Source: the human T2T-CHM13v2.0 reference genome, Homo sapiens. From it: DNA of 64,000 bases. A model generated the notes under the pieces. It ran no database searches. It was not told where the DNA came from and worked only from the letters and a program-made list of their open reading frames with translations. The stretch is from NCBI RefSeq assembly GCF_009914755.1, contig NC_060947.1; one strand, 5' to 3'. The translations under genes and the position numbers were made by a program. Below, one piece after another: positions 1-13,407 of this stretch (the stretch's first letter is position 1; each line of letters starts with the position of its first letter).

Positions 1-642
1 GGATCCTTGCCTCAGATCAACCAGGGACTGTATCTTGGCTCCCTCTTGTGCTGGCGATGCAACCTCAGAATGGTGATCACACCACTCACCTTGATCCGGA
101 TGGTGGAATAATAAAACAAAAACATGTGACGCTCCTGTAACACAGCAGGCTGTGTAACATTTCATGGAGCTAAGTACAAATGTTGCTGCCTCTGTAAGGC
201 TGCCCAGGATTCACGGGAACATAGCACCAGAGAGATTGAGGACAGGTGGGGCAGAAAAACAAGCTTAATCTCTTGCTCACTCGCACAGTCCAATGGTCTT
301 CTGTTCACCAGAAGTGCTGGGTGAGCCTGGAGCCGTGGAATTTCTGACCCCACACCTTCTTCTGAGGCACTGTCGACTTTACTTTACCGACCTACCTGAG
401 ACGTCTCTCAGGCACGGGGATTGTGAGGTGATGTAAACGCGGGTCGGGGGGAGGTGTAAGCAAAGGAGAAGAACTCATAACTCGGTCACGGTCATATTTC
501 AGAAACGAAGGTGTAAAGCTGACGACCCATGCCTTCCCCTATTGCTGACCTGTCTTTCCCCATTCCTGCATGTGATTGCCCTGCATGCTCAAATGGTTCA
601 TCATGCAATGGGTAATGGGCCTGCTCTTGAGATGCATGAGCA

Positions 643-1060
643 TCTGTTTTGTGTCGCTGTAACAGAATACATGAGACTGCGTGATTTATAAATAAAAAAA
701 TATTTATTTAGCTCATGGTTCTGCAGGCTGGGAAGTTGAAGGGCATGGCCCTAGCTTCAGGCGAGGGCTTGTGTGCTGTGTCATAATGTGGTGAGGAAGG
801 TCAAGGGGGAAGTGGACACATGCAATGAGAGAAAACCTGAGGGGCATCCTGGCTGTATAGCAACCTACTATCTTGGGCACTTTGTCCATTCCTGCGAGCA
901 CTAATCCAGTCTCGCCAGAGCAAGAACTCACTCACTACTGTGAGGAGAGCACCAAGACACCTACAAGGACAAAGGTGGAGCCCTCGTGACCCAAACAACC
1001 GTGCACTAAGCCTCACCTCCCAGCACCACCACCTTGGGGACCAAATTTCAACATGAGTGG
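643..1060. mobile_element. MaLR LTR (MST-type)
   Basis: Typical MST motifs: aacagaatacatgagactg...tttatttagctcatggttctgcaggctgggaag...ccaaatttcaacatgag. Subfamily not resolved. Confidence 0.7.
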
Positions 1061-2619
1061 AATCTCCTGTGTATACGGGGCTGGCAGAGGAAAGCATTTT
1101 CTGCTGTGAGGCTGCAGAGTCCACTGGCCTGCGCAATGGGGAAGGCAGGGAAGTCCTCATGGTCCATCCAACCCAAGAGGGCCTGAGGTGGACGATGGCA
1201 ACTGGAGGTCGAATCAGCAGTGGAGTTGTTCCTTTCAGGAGATGATGCGTAGTGCTGTGGCTGTGTGTGGGAGTCAGTCAGCATCTGGTGGGTAGTGGGC
1301 ATATGGTTCTGGGCAAAGCAGACTTGGACAATGTTAGGATCAGATTGGAGAGCCCTGGAGAGAGTGTGGTGCTGGGGAGAAGGGCTCCTTGTTGCTGAGT
1401 CTGGCTACCTTTAAATCCCATCTCTGCCACTTGGGTTTCAAGAGTGACTGCCAAGTTGTGCCCTATCCACCAGATTTCCCCACATCATTTCTTGTTTCAA
1501 CAAGTATTTGCATCCTAAATACACACATACAAGCACAAGCATGCCCATGCACATGTATGCACAGACTCTCCCTGACACTCCCTTACCAGTGCAATGACTG
1601 AGCTCATGGTTATGACAGCAGCTATGAAGGAACGAACACCCAACAAGCCCCCAGCCCTAGGGAGTTGGAACGCTGCTCCTCTTTTGGACTAAACATGGGG
1701 TTTAGGGCTAAACCCCATGATGTCAAGTCCTAGCCCCTTTTGGAGAAGCAGCAACATGGAGCTGAACTTCCCCCACTGAGTTAGGGCCCAGCTCAGGAGG
1801 ACAGAGCCATTGTGGGGAGATAGGTGGTACCTGTGCCATCGAAAAAGCTGCAGAGACATGGGATCTAAAGAACTCCATCACTCCATAATTAACAGCTCTG
1901 TCTGTTCAGTACCTATGGGTCTCACCGTGGCTGTTCCCCAGGAATATAGGAAAAGGGCTGTGGGACTTCCAAATGCTGTCGCCTACCTGAACCTTACCCC
2001 ATCTGGATTTCATTTGAGCTTAAAGGCCCTGGACCTCTGAAGAACCAGAGGGTGAGTAATTCACCCAGCAGGCCCTAAGAAAGCATTTTTTTTTTTTCCT
2101 CCCCTGGCTTTGCACAGGGGACTGCATGAGACGGGGGAGGGGGAGAGAGAATTTTGGTGTTCCTGTGTCCTAGTTAGGCTTCTTGATGCTAAAGAGCACA
2201 TCCAATATCCTTGTCCATTTACTTTGGTGACTCCTGGTGCTGCAGTTTCTAACAGGGCCTCCTCCATGGTTGTTAGTTAACAGGGACAATTATGCTCCAA
2301 CCGCCCCCCTTTCAGAATTCTCCTGCTGATACTGTGTTGCAACACATATCAAGGTCACCTTAGGAAGGCAAAAGAAAAAAAATAAAGTCCTCATCTTATG
2401 GAAAGGAACAATGCATAGTTGGAGACAAGGCCGTCTGTTGGAAGGGGTCTCTGTCTTGTGGTGGAGTAGGCGGGGCTTGGGAGCTCTTTGTCAGTACAGG
2501 GGTTAACGCCTTTTCTGAGGTCCACAGATTCTTCCTCCACATGACCCTCTCGCCTCCGCATATAAACACCGCCCAGTTTTCCTCAGATATGAAGACTGTG
2601 TGCATTGCTGGGGGTAAGA

Positions 2620-2681
2620 GAGATGTTATTCCGTCCTCATTCCTGCATGTGAGATGTTATTCCGTCCTCATTCCTGCATGT
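2620..2681. repeat. Perfect 31-bp tandem duplication
   Basis: gagatgttattccgtcctcattcctgcatgt at 2620-2650 and 2651-2681. Confidence 0.95.
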
Positions 2682-2933
2682 AAGTGCCCCGCCAGGGTCA
2701 GAGCTGAGAGCCGTGGAAAACTCACCGTTGATTGGCTACAGCCCATCGCCACCAGGACCTAGTAACAAGCAGCGCTGCCTCGAGGAGGGCAGACAGCCTA
2801 ACAGGGCTAAGGAAGATGCTAGCTCTCTCCCTTCACAACCCCACCACCACCAAAGCTGACCACCCCCAGTTCAGCCGACGTGTTGAAAGTTACATCAAAT
2901 GCCACAAAGCAAAAACAGTCAAGCGTGCCAGCA

Positions 2934-2939
2934 TTTATT
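2934..2939 (-). terminator. FAM236 poly(A) signal AATAAA
   Basis: tttatt on + strand about 100 nt past the stop codon, followed on - strand by T/GT-rich sequence (actgttttgctttgtgg). Confidence 0.75.
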
Positions 2940-2942
2940 TCA

Positions 2943-3600
<658 letters not shown>

Positions 3601-4258
3601 GCTTCCAGGAGTGTGTGATGTGCCGGTAGGGACCAACAGGACTTCAATGAAGACACCGGCGAAGCTCGTCACTCTGCCCGGTGCAAAGAGGCCGAGGGCC
3701 TGCCCCCTCCACGCCCCATTCAGCCCCTCTGCCCCTGCCCCATCGTCCCTCCCCCCCTACAGCCTGGTGCTCCAGCAGGGGATACATTTCTGGCATGTCG
3801 CATTCCATTTGTTTCTGTATCTCTTACTCCCAGTCCTCCAATCTTTCTTTCCTTTGCTGCTGCTTCCTGGCCCTCTCAGCAGGCTCGAGCCACGTTTCTC
3901 CTTGCCGAGCAGAAAAAGCAGAGGTCTTCAAGCTGGTGATGAGTCATCATTTGGTGGGGATGCCACAGACCCGAGTGTCCATGTGGGTGCTCTCCTGCCT
4001 TTGATTCACAGGATTATGTACATGGATGCCCTGGGCAGGTGTATGAGTCCAAATGAGTCGTCACAGCAAGGAGCGTGAGCTGGGTAATGGTATCCAGAGT
4101 CCAAATCAACAGCAGTTTTCTTTTCAGAGGTTTACGTGAGACTCCACGTCTATGTACCAGTCAGTATCAGGTGGTTTAGGGCCTGGAGGGCTTGGAAAAT
4201 GTGAGAGAGAGGGAGAGGTGAAGGGCCTGGGCTGGGGTGAGTTGAAAGTAGAACAGCC

Positions 4259-4500
4259 GACCAGCCTGGGCAGCATAGGGAGACCCCACCCCCACAGAAA
4301 ATTTCAAAAGTAGCCTGGCATGGTGGCACACACCTCTAGCCCCACCTACTCAGGAGGCTGAGGGGGGAGGATTGCTTGAGCCTGGGAGGCGGAGGCTGCA
4401 ATGAGCCGTGATGGCACCACTCCACTGCACTCCAGGCTGGGAGACAGAAGGAGACTCTGTCTCAAAAACAAACTGACAAATCAAACAAACAAACAAAAGA
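4259..4500 (+). mobile_element. 5'-truncated old Alu (AluJ-like) with A-rich tail
   Basis: ccagcctgggcagcataggg...caggaggctgagg...ttgcttgagcctgggagg...gagactctgtctcaaaaa. Confidence 0.85.
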
Positions 4501-5229
4501 AAGTAGAAGAGCAGAGGTGAAAGCTCCTTGTTGCCTAGTCTTGCTATGTCAAAATCAGGCTTTGACATTTGGGTTACAAGCAATGCTGCCAAGTTATGCC
4601 CCCCGTTTGCTAACCAGGTCTGTGCGGTCCGCACCGCTGACTTCACAGGAGCTCCCTGCAAACAGTACCCTGAAGGGAAAGTGGAAGTAGGTGGCCTCAG
4701 AGTCTTTCTTTGGCTTTTGAAACAATAGTGCTGTTTAGGAAAGCATCTCTTACATAATCCTGAGGCTACAGAGTTGATCTCTGTGAGCCTATCATGGGCC
4801 GTGCCCTGAATGAGGCTCTGCTTCAAGCTCTTCTGTGAGGGAGAAACCGAGAGAGGCATGAATGTAACAGAGAGTGATGGAGGGACGTTTATGGGGCTAC
4901 GGGAGGACTGAGGAGGCGGGCAGTCACTCAGCCTTGGGAATTGGAACGGAGTCAGTGAAGAGTTCCCAGAGGAGGCGTGCCTGAAAGGAGGGACAAAAGA
5001 AATTGGCCAAGAAATAGAGAAAAGGGAGAGCATCACAAGTAGAAGCCCAAGACAATACCGTGAGGTTTTGCAACTGAAAATATGTAGGCCTGGTTTTCTG
5101 TTCTAGGGTTTAATAGAAGTCAAAGTCAGTCACGAGGTTCCAGTACAGGAACCTGAAAAGCTGTGCCTCACAGAGACACTGAACCCTGGTTTTTGAGAAC
5201 CCAAAGGGTATATTTTTAATAGAATTTTG

Positions 5230-6900
5230 ATATATATTGATTTAATAGAATTTGATAATAGAATTTTGATCAATAGCAGTCCATTGATCATTTTTCCAGT
5301 GTGATTCATGCTTTCATGTGTCCTACCCTAAGATATCGTTGCCTAGCCTCACAACAGAGATTTTCTCTTCTGATGTTTGTAGGTTTTAATATTTTGCAAT
5401 TTACACTTAGATCTAGGATTTATTTTGAATTAATGCCTGCATGAAGTGTGAATAATGTCGGGATGAATGGTGAGATATTGAAGTTGTTTGGGTCTTCCGT
5501 AAAGAGATCTACTTTTTCCAGCACTATTAGTTAATTGTCAGCTAATTTAATTATCTTTGAGCCTTTATTAGAAATCAACTTACTATATATATGTAAGTCT
5601 ATTTCTAGCCCTTCTTCTATTTCATCCAATGATCCCTATGTGAATTCTTAAGGTCATACCAGGCTGTCATGATTACCATGTCTTTATATTAAGTCAGAGA
5701 CTTTGGTGATGTGAGTCCTTCATGCTTGTTCTTTTCCAAATGGCTTTGGATCTTCTATGTCATTTGCATTTATATATAACTTTTGAGAAACAGTTCTTCA
5801 CTTTAATTATGATTATGGTGAGCCTATAGATCCATTACTTGAGAATTGGCATCTTAACCTGAGTCTTCTGATCAACGAACATTATATATCTCTGTTTATT
5901 TAGGTCTCCACTTTCTCTCGCCAGTATTTTATAGTGGTCTGCATACAGGTCTTTCACATATTACATTAAAATTCTCAATAGATACCTCATTTATTTTGCT
6001 GTAATTATAAATGACATTTTAAATAATGTCATCTCCAATTATTTGTTCCCAGTATGTTGAAACACAGTGGGTTTTTGTATGTTGAGTTTCTGTCTTGTAA
6101 CTTTGTTATGTGACTTGTTAGGTCTAGGAGATGTTTATCCCCACATTCCTTAGTATTTTGTATGTAGACTATCATGCTATTTGTAAATGGAGAGGTTTTT
6201 TTTATTCCTTCCTATTCAATCTGTATGCCTTTTACTTATTTTCCTTGGCTCATTGCACTAGCTGGGACCTCAAGGATAATTGTATACGCATAGTAAGAGT
6301 CTGCCTTATTTTTAATCTTATGGGAGAAGCATTCAGTATTTCACCATTAGGCATGGTGCCAGCTGCAGGTTTTTTGTAGGAGTACTTTATTAGGTTGAGG
6401 ACGTTGCTTTATGTACTTATCAAGTGGTTTGGGTTTTTTGGTCATGAATGGGTGTTTTATGTTATCAAATTACTTTTCTGTTATATATCTGGATAATAAA
6501 TGCTCTTTTCTTTTATTCCATTAATATGGTGAAATATAGTCACGGATTTTTAATGGTAAAATGACCTTACATTCCCAGGACAGACTGTGCTTGGTAATAG
6601 ATTATTTTTTTTTCATATATTATTGGATTCAAGTTGCTAAAATTTTATCAAGGAGTTTTGTAACTATGTTCATTAGGAACACTGGTTTGTAGTTCCTTTT
6701 TTTCTTCTGGTATCTTTTTTCTATTTTTTTTTTTTAAATAAAAGTAATGCTGCCATCATAAAATGAACTGGAAAGTGTTCCCTCCTGTATTTTCTAAAAG
6801 TGTTCTTTTGGGACTACTACTATGTTTTCTTTAAATGTATGACACTGCTAACCAGTAAATCTATTGAAGACTGAAGTTTTCTTTATGATTTACAAATACG
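5230..6900 (-). mobile_element. Ancient L1M ORF2 fragment
   Basis: Degenerate T-rich antisense L1 ORF2 motifs. Boundaries approximate. Confidence 0.65.
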
Positions 6901-7024
6901 GTTTTAAAAAGTCTCCACATAACCATTCTTTTAACCTTAACAAGGTCTTTAGGGATGATTACCAATTAATTATATGTAGTTATTAGAAGAGTGTGCTTAA
7001 AAAATTTTCCTCAGCTTTTAAATG

Positions 7025-9680
7025 TCTTATTTTCTTTCTTCTTTTCTTTAATTTTTATTTTTCTTTATTTCTTCTAAAACAATTAACGGGATACATGTGC
7101 AGAACGTGCGGGTTTGTTACATAAGTATACGTGTGCCATGGTGGTTTGCTGCACCTATTGACCCATCCTCTAAGTTGCCTCCCCTCATCCCCTACCCCCC
7201 AACAGCTCCTGGTGTGTGTCCTTCCCCTCTCTGTGTCCATGTATTCTCATTGTTCAACTCCCACTTCTGAGTGAGAACGTGCGGTGTTTGGTTTTCTGTT
7301 CCTGTGTTAGTTTGCTGAGAATGATGGTTTCCAGCTTCATCCATGTCCCTGCAAAGGACATGATCCCATTCCTTTTTATGGCTACGTAGTATTCCATGGT
7401 GTATATGTACCACATTTTCTTTATCCAGTTTATCATTGATGGACATTTGGGTTGGTTCCAAGTCTTTGCTATTGTAAATAGTGCCTGCAATAAACGTACA
7501 TGTGCATGTATCTTTATAGTAGAATGATTTATATTCCTTTGGGTATATACCCATTAATGGGATTGCTGGGTCAAATGGTATTTCTGGTTCTAGATCCTTG
7601 AGGAATCACCACACTGGCTTCCACGATGGTTGAACTAATTTACGTTCCCACCGACAGCGTAAAAGCGTTCCCATTTCTCCACAGCCTTGCCAGCATCTAT
7701 CGTTTCTTGACATTTTTAATAATCGCCATTCTGACTGGCATAAGTTGGTATCTCATTGTGGTTTTGATTTGCATTTCTCTGATGATGAGTGATGTTGAGC
7801 TTTTTTTCATATGTTTGTTGGCCATGTAAATGTCTTCTTTTGAGAAGTGTCTGTTCATATCCTTTGTCCACTTTTTGATGGGATTGTTTGTTTTTTTTTT
7901 TCTTGTAAATTTGTTTAAGTGTCCTGTAAATTCTGGATATTAGCCCTTTGTTAGATGGGTAGATTGCAATGATTTTCTCCCGTTCTGTAGGTTGCCTGTT
8001 CATTCTGATGCTTGTTTCTTTTGCTGTGCAGAAGCTCTTTAGTTTAATTAGATTCCATTTGTCAATTTTGGTTTTTGTTGCAATTGCTTTTGGCGTTTTC
8101 GTCATGAAGTCTTTGCCCATTCCTATGTCCCGAATAGTATTGCCTAGGTTTTCTTCTAGGGTTTTTATGGTTTTGGGTTTTACATTTAAGTCTTTAATCC
8201 ACCTTGAGTTAATTTTTGTATAAGGTCTGAGGAAGGGGTCCAGTTTCTGTTTTCTGCGTATGGCTAGCCAGTTTTCCCAGCACCATTTATTTAATAGGAG
8301 ATCCTTTCCCCTTGTTTTTGTCAGGTTTTTCGAAGATCAGATGGTTGTAGATGTGTGGTGTTATTTCTGCGGTCTCTATTCTGTTCCATTGGTCCATATG
8401 TCTGTTTTGGTACCAGTACCATGCTGTTTTGGTTACTGTAGACTTGTAGTATAGTTTGAAGTCAGGTAGCGTGATGCCCCCAGTTTTGTTCTTCTTGCTT
8501 AGGATTGTCTTCGCTATATGGGGTCTTCTTTGATTCCATATGAAACTTAAAGTAGTTTTTCTTCTAGTTCTGTGAAGAAAGTCAATGGTCTTGATGGGAA
8601 TAGCATTGAATCTATAAATTACTTTGGGCAGTATGGCCATTTTCACGATATTGATTCTTCCTATTCATGAGCATGGAATGTTCTTCCATTTGTGTCCTCT
8701 CTTATTTCCTTGAGCAGTGGTTTGTAGTTCTCCTTGAAGAGGTCCTTCACATCCCTTGTGAGTTGTATTCCTAGGTATTTTATTTTCTTTGTAGCAAAGA
8801 AGAAATCATGGGAATTCACTCATGATTTGGCTCTCTGCTTGTCTATTATTGGTGTATAGGAATGCTTGCGATTTTTGCACATTGATCTTTGTATCCTGAG
8901 ACTTTGCTGAAGTTGCTTACCAGCTGAAGGAGATTTTGGGCTGAGACGATGGAGTTGTCTATATATACTGTCATGACATCTGCAAACAGAGACAATTTGA
9001 GTTACTCTCTTCTTATTTGAATACGCTTTATTTCTTTCCCTTGCCTGATTGTCCCGGCCAGAACTTCCAATTCTATGTTGAATAGGAGTGATGAGAGAGG
9101 GCATCCTTGTCTTGTGCCGGTTTTCAAAGGGAATGTTTCCGTGTTTGTCATAAATAGCTCTTATTATTTTGAGATATGTTCCATCAATACCTAGTTTATC
9201 GAGGGTTTTTAGCATGAAGGGGTGTTGAATTTTATTGGAGGTCTTTTCTGCGACTATTGAGATAATCATGTGGTTTTTGTCATTGGTTCTGTCTATGTGA
9301 TGGATTACGGTTACTGATTTGCGTATGTTGAAGTAGCCTTGCATCCCAGGGATGAGGCCGACTTGATCGTGGTGGATGAGCTTTCTGATGTGCTGCGGGA
9401 TTCGGTTTGGCAGTATTTTATTGAGGGCTTTTGTGTGGACGTTCATCAGGGATATTGGCCTGAAATTTTCTTTATTTGTTGTGTCTCTTCCAAGTTTTGG
9501 AATCAGGATGATGCTGGCCTCATAAAATGAGTTAGGGAGGAGTCCCTCTTTTTCTATCGTTTGAAATACTTTCAGAAGGAATGGTACCAGCTCCTCTTTG
9601 TACCTCTGGTAGAATTTGGCTGTGAATCCGTCTGGTCCTGGGCTTTTGTTGGTCAGTAGGCTATTAGTTACTGCCTCAAT
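7025..9680 (-). mobile_element. 5'-truncated L1PA (about L1PA8)
   Basis: Poly(T) tail and L1PA 3' UTR at ~7025-7300. Broken ORF2 peptides such as [22 protein letters not shown] and [14 protein letters not shown]. Confidence 0.9.
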
Positions 9681-10515
9681 TGTAATTTTCCTTTTAATGT
9701 GGTGCATCACATTAATTAATTTGCACGTGTTGAACCATCCTTGCTTGCTTCCCAGAAATAGATCCTGCTTAGTCATGGTGAACGATCCTTTTAATGTGCT
9801 CCTGAGTTTGGTTTGCTCGTATTTTGTTGAGAATTTCTGCCTCTATGTTCATCAGAGATATTGTCCTCCTGCTTCCTTTTCTTGAAGTGTTTTCATCAGG
9901 CTTTGGTATCAGGGTGACCCTGGCCTCATAGAACGAACTTGACAGCATTCTCTCTTCTTCAAGCTTTGGGAAGCGTTTGAGAAGGTTTGGGGTTAATTTT
10001 CTTTAAATGCTTGGTAGAACTCACCAGGGAAGCCATCTGGTCCTTAGCTTTTCTTTAATGGGAAGTTTTTGATTACTGATCCAATCTCCTTACTCCTTAT
10101 TGTTCTGTACAGATTTTCTGTTTTTTTTAATGATGCAGGCTTGGTTGGTTGTATGCATCTATGAATTTATCCACTTCTGGGCTGACCCATTTATTGCTGC
10201 GTAATTGTTCACAGTTGTCTCTTATGGTTCTTTTTATATTTCTGGCATCAATTGTAAAGTCTCTTCTTTCATTTCTGATTTTATTTCCCTGATTCTTCTC
10301 TCTTTTCTTCTCATTTAGTCTGGCTAAAGGTTTGTTAATTTTGTTTATCTTTTCAAAAAACCAACTCTTATTTTCACTGATTATTTTCCTGTGGTCTTCT
10401 ATTCCCTATTTTTTTTTTATTTCTGCTCTAATTTTTTATTATTTCATTCTTTCTGCTAACTTTGGAGTTAGTTTGTTCTTCTTTTCCTAGTTCCTGGAGA
10501 TAAAAAGTAAATTTA

Positions 10516-10851
<336 letters not shown>

Positions 10852-13358
10852 TCAATATATTTTGTTTAAATCTATGTACTTGCTGTTTGTTTTCTATTTT
10901 CCCATTTGTTCTTTACTCCTCTCGTCCATTTTTTTTCATCTCATCACATTTTGGTTGGGCGTTTTAGGATTCCATTTGTCTTCACTACTGTCTTATTAGC
11001 TGTATCTATTTCAATTTATTTAAATGGTTGCTCAACTTACCACACTCTATCTTCAAGTAATACTATAGCATTTCACATACAGTGCTTCAATCTCACTGGA
11101 GTATACCTTATTTTTCTCCTCTTTTTTTTTTTTTTTGCAGTGCTATTGTTACGCATTTTATTTCTACATATGCTATAACATATGTATGTTATAAACATCA
11201 TTCCGCTTTCAAGTTAGTTATAAACTGTCAGTTGTCATTTATATATATATTTTTTTAAATGAGGAAAAAAGCTATCTTTCATATATAGCCATAGGTTTCA
11301 TTCATTCCTCTTGGTCAATCCTAGTTTCCACGTGGTATCATTTTACTTCTGCCTATATTTACTTCTGCCTGTATTTTTTTGGGGGGAGAAATGGCTGTTC
11401 ACATCTTTTGCCCATTTCTCAATGAGGTTATATGTTTTATTATTAATTTCTAAAACTAATTTCTGTAATCTAGATACAAGTCACTTATAAGTTATATGAT
11501 TTGCAAATACTTTCTCCCATTCTGGGGCTTCTTTTTTCACATTCTTGATGGTATTATTAATTGCAGCAAAAAGTTTTTAATTTTAATGAAAGTCCTGTTT
11601 ATCCTATCCCATTGTAGTTTTGGTTTGCATTTCTCTGATGATCAATGATGTTGAGTACCTTTCCGTATGTCTGTTTGCCATATATGTGTCTTCTTTTGAG
11701 ACGTGTCTATTCAGATCCTTTGCCTATTTTTTAATCGGATTATTACATTTTTTCCCTATAGAGTTGTTTGAGCTCCTTATGTATTGTGGTTATTAATCTC
11801 TTGTCAGACAGGTAGTTTGCAAATATTTTCTCCCATTCTGTGGGTTTGCCTCTTTACTTTGTTGATGAACAAAGGATTCCACTTGAGACTCCTAGTTTCA
11901 TTGATTTTGCCCCCATGGTTTTCTATTCTCTATTTTGTTTTCAATGTTGACGGTTTCCTTTGCTGTGGCAGAAGCTTTTCAACTTGATGTGATCCCATTG
12001 GTCTATTTTTTTTTCTTGCTTTGGTTGCCTGTGTGTGCGGGGTATTACTCAAGAAATCTTTGCCCAGTGCAATATACTGGAGAGTTTCCCCTAATGTTTT
12101 CTTTTAGTAGTTTCATAGTTTGAAGTCTTAGATTTAAGTCTGTAATCTATTTTAATTTGATTTTTGTGTAAGTTGAAAGATAGAGGTCCAGTTTCATGCT
12201 TCTGCATGTGAATATCCAGTTTTCCCAGCACCATTTATTGAAGAGACTCTTTTCTCTAGTGCATGTTTTTGGCACCTTTGTGGAAAATGAGTTCACTGCA
12301 GGTGTGTGGATTTGTTTCTGGGCTCTCTATTCTGTTCCATTGATCTATGTGTCTGTTTCTATGCCAGTACCGTGCCTTTTTGGTTACTATAGCTCTGTAG
12401 TATAATTTGAAGTCAGGTAATATGATTCCTCCAGTTTTGTTCTTTTTGCTCAGGATAGCCTTTGCTCTTCTTTTGGCAATCTGTAGATTGTTTTGGATAG
12501 TATGAATATTTTAACAATAATAATTCTTCCAATCAATGAACATGGAATAGCTTTTCATATTTTTGCAATCCCCTTCAATTTCTTTCATCAGTGTTTTACA
12601 GCGTTCCTTGTAGAGATTTTCACTTCCTTTGTTAATTCCTAGGTATTTTATTTTATTGATAGCTATTGTAAATGGGATTACTTTATTGATTTCTTTTCCA
12701 GATTGTTCACAGTTGGTAGTGATTTTCGTATGTTGATTTTGTATCCTGGGACTTTACTGAATTCGTTTATCAGTGCTAATAGTTTTTTGGTGGGGTCTTT
12801 AGGTTTTTCCAAACATAAGATTATGTCATATGCAAACAAGGATAATTTGGCTTTTTCCTCTGTAATTTTGACACCCTTTATTTCTTTCTCTTGTCTGACT
12901 GCTCTAGCTAGAACTTCCTGTACTATGTTGAATAACAGTGGTGAAAGTGGGCATCCTTGTCATGTTCCAGATCTTAGAGGAAAGGCTTTCAGTTTTTGCC
13001 CATTCAGTATGATACTAGCTGTGGGTGTGTCATATATGACTTTTATTATGCTGAGGTTTGTTCCTTCTATACTCAGTTTCTGCAGAGTTTTTATAATGAA
13101 GGGATGTTGAATTTTATCAAATGCTTTCTCAGCATCCTTTGAAATTATCATATGTTTTTGTCCCTCATTCTGTTAATATGATACATCACATTGACTGATT
13201 TGCATATGTCGAATCATCCTTCCATCTCTGGGATAAATCCCATTTGGTCATGATGAATTATCTTTTTAATGTGTTGGTGAATTCGGTTTGTGAGTGAGTA
13301 TTTTGTTGAGGATTTTTGCATCAATGTTCATCAGGGATATTGGCCTATAGTTTTCTGC

Positions 13359-13362
13359 GTGT

Positions 13363-13406
<44 letters not shown>
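13359..13406. repeat. (TG)n microsatellite
   Basis: Long gtgtgt run with one ta interruption. Confidence 0.95.

Positions 13407-13407
<1 letters not shown>

Noticed and set aside
4350-5036. 228-aa - strand ORF
   Set aside because: Ends in antisense Alu, has no splice or homology support, and is probably a chance ORF.
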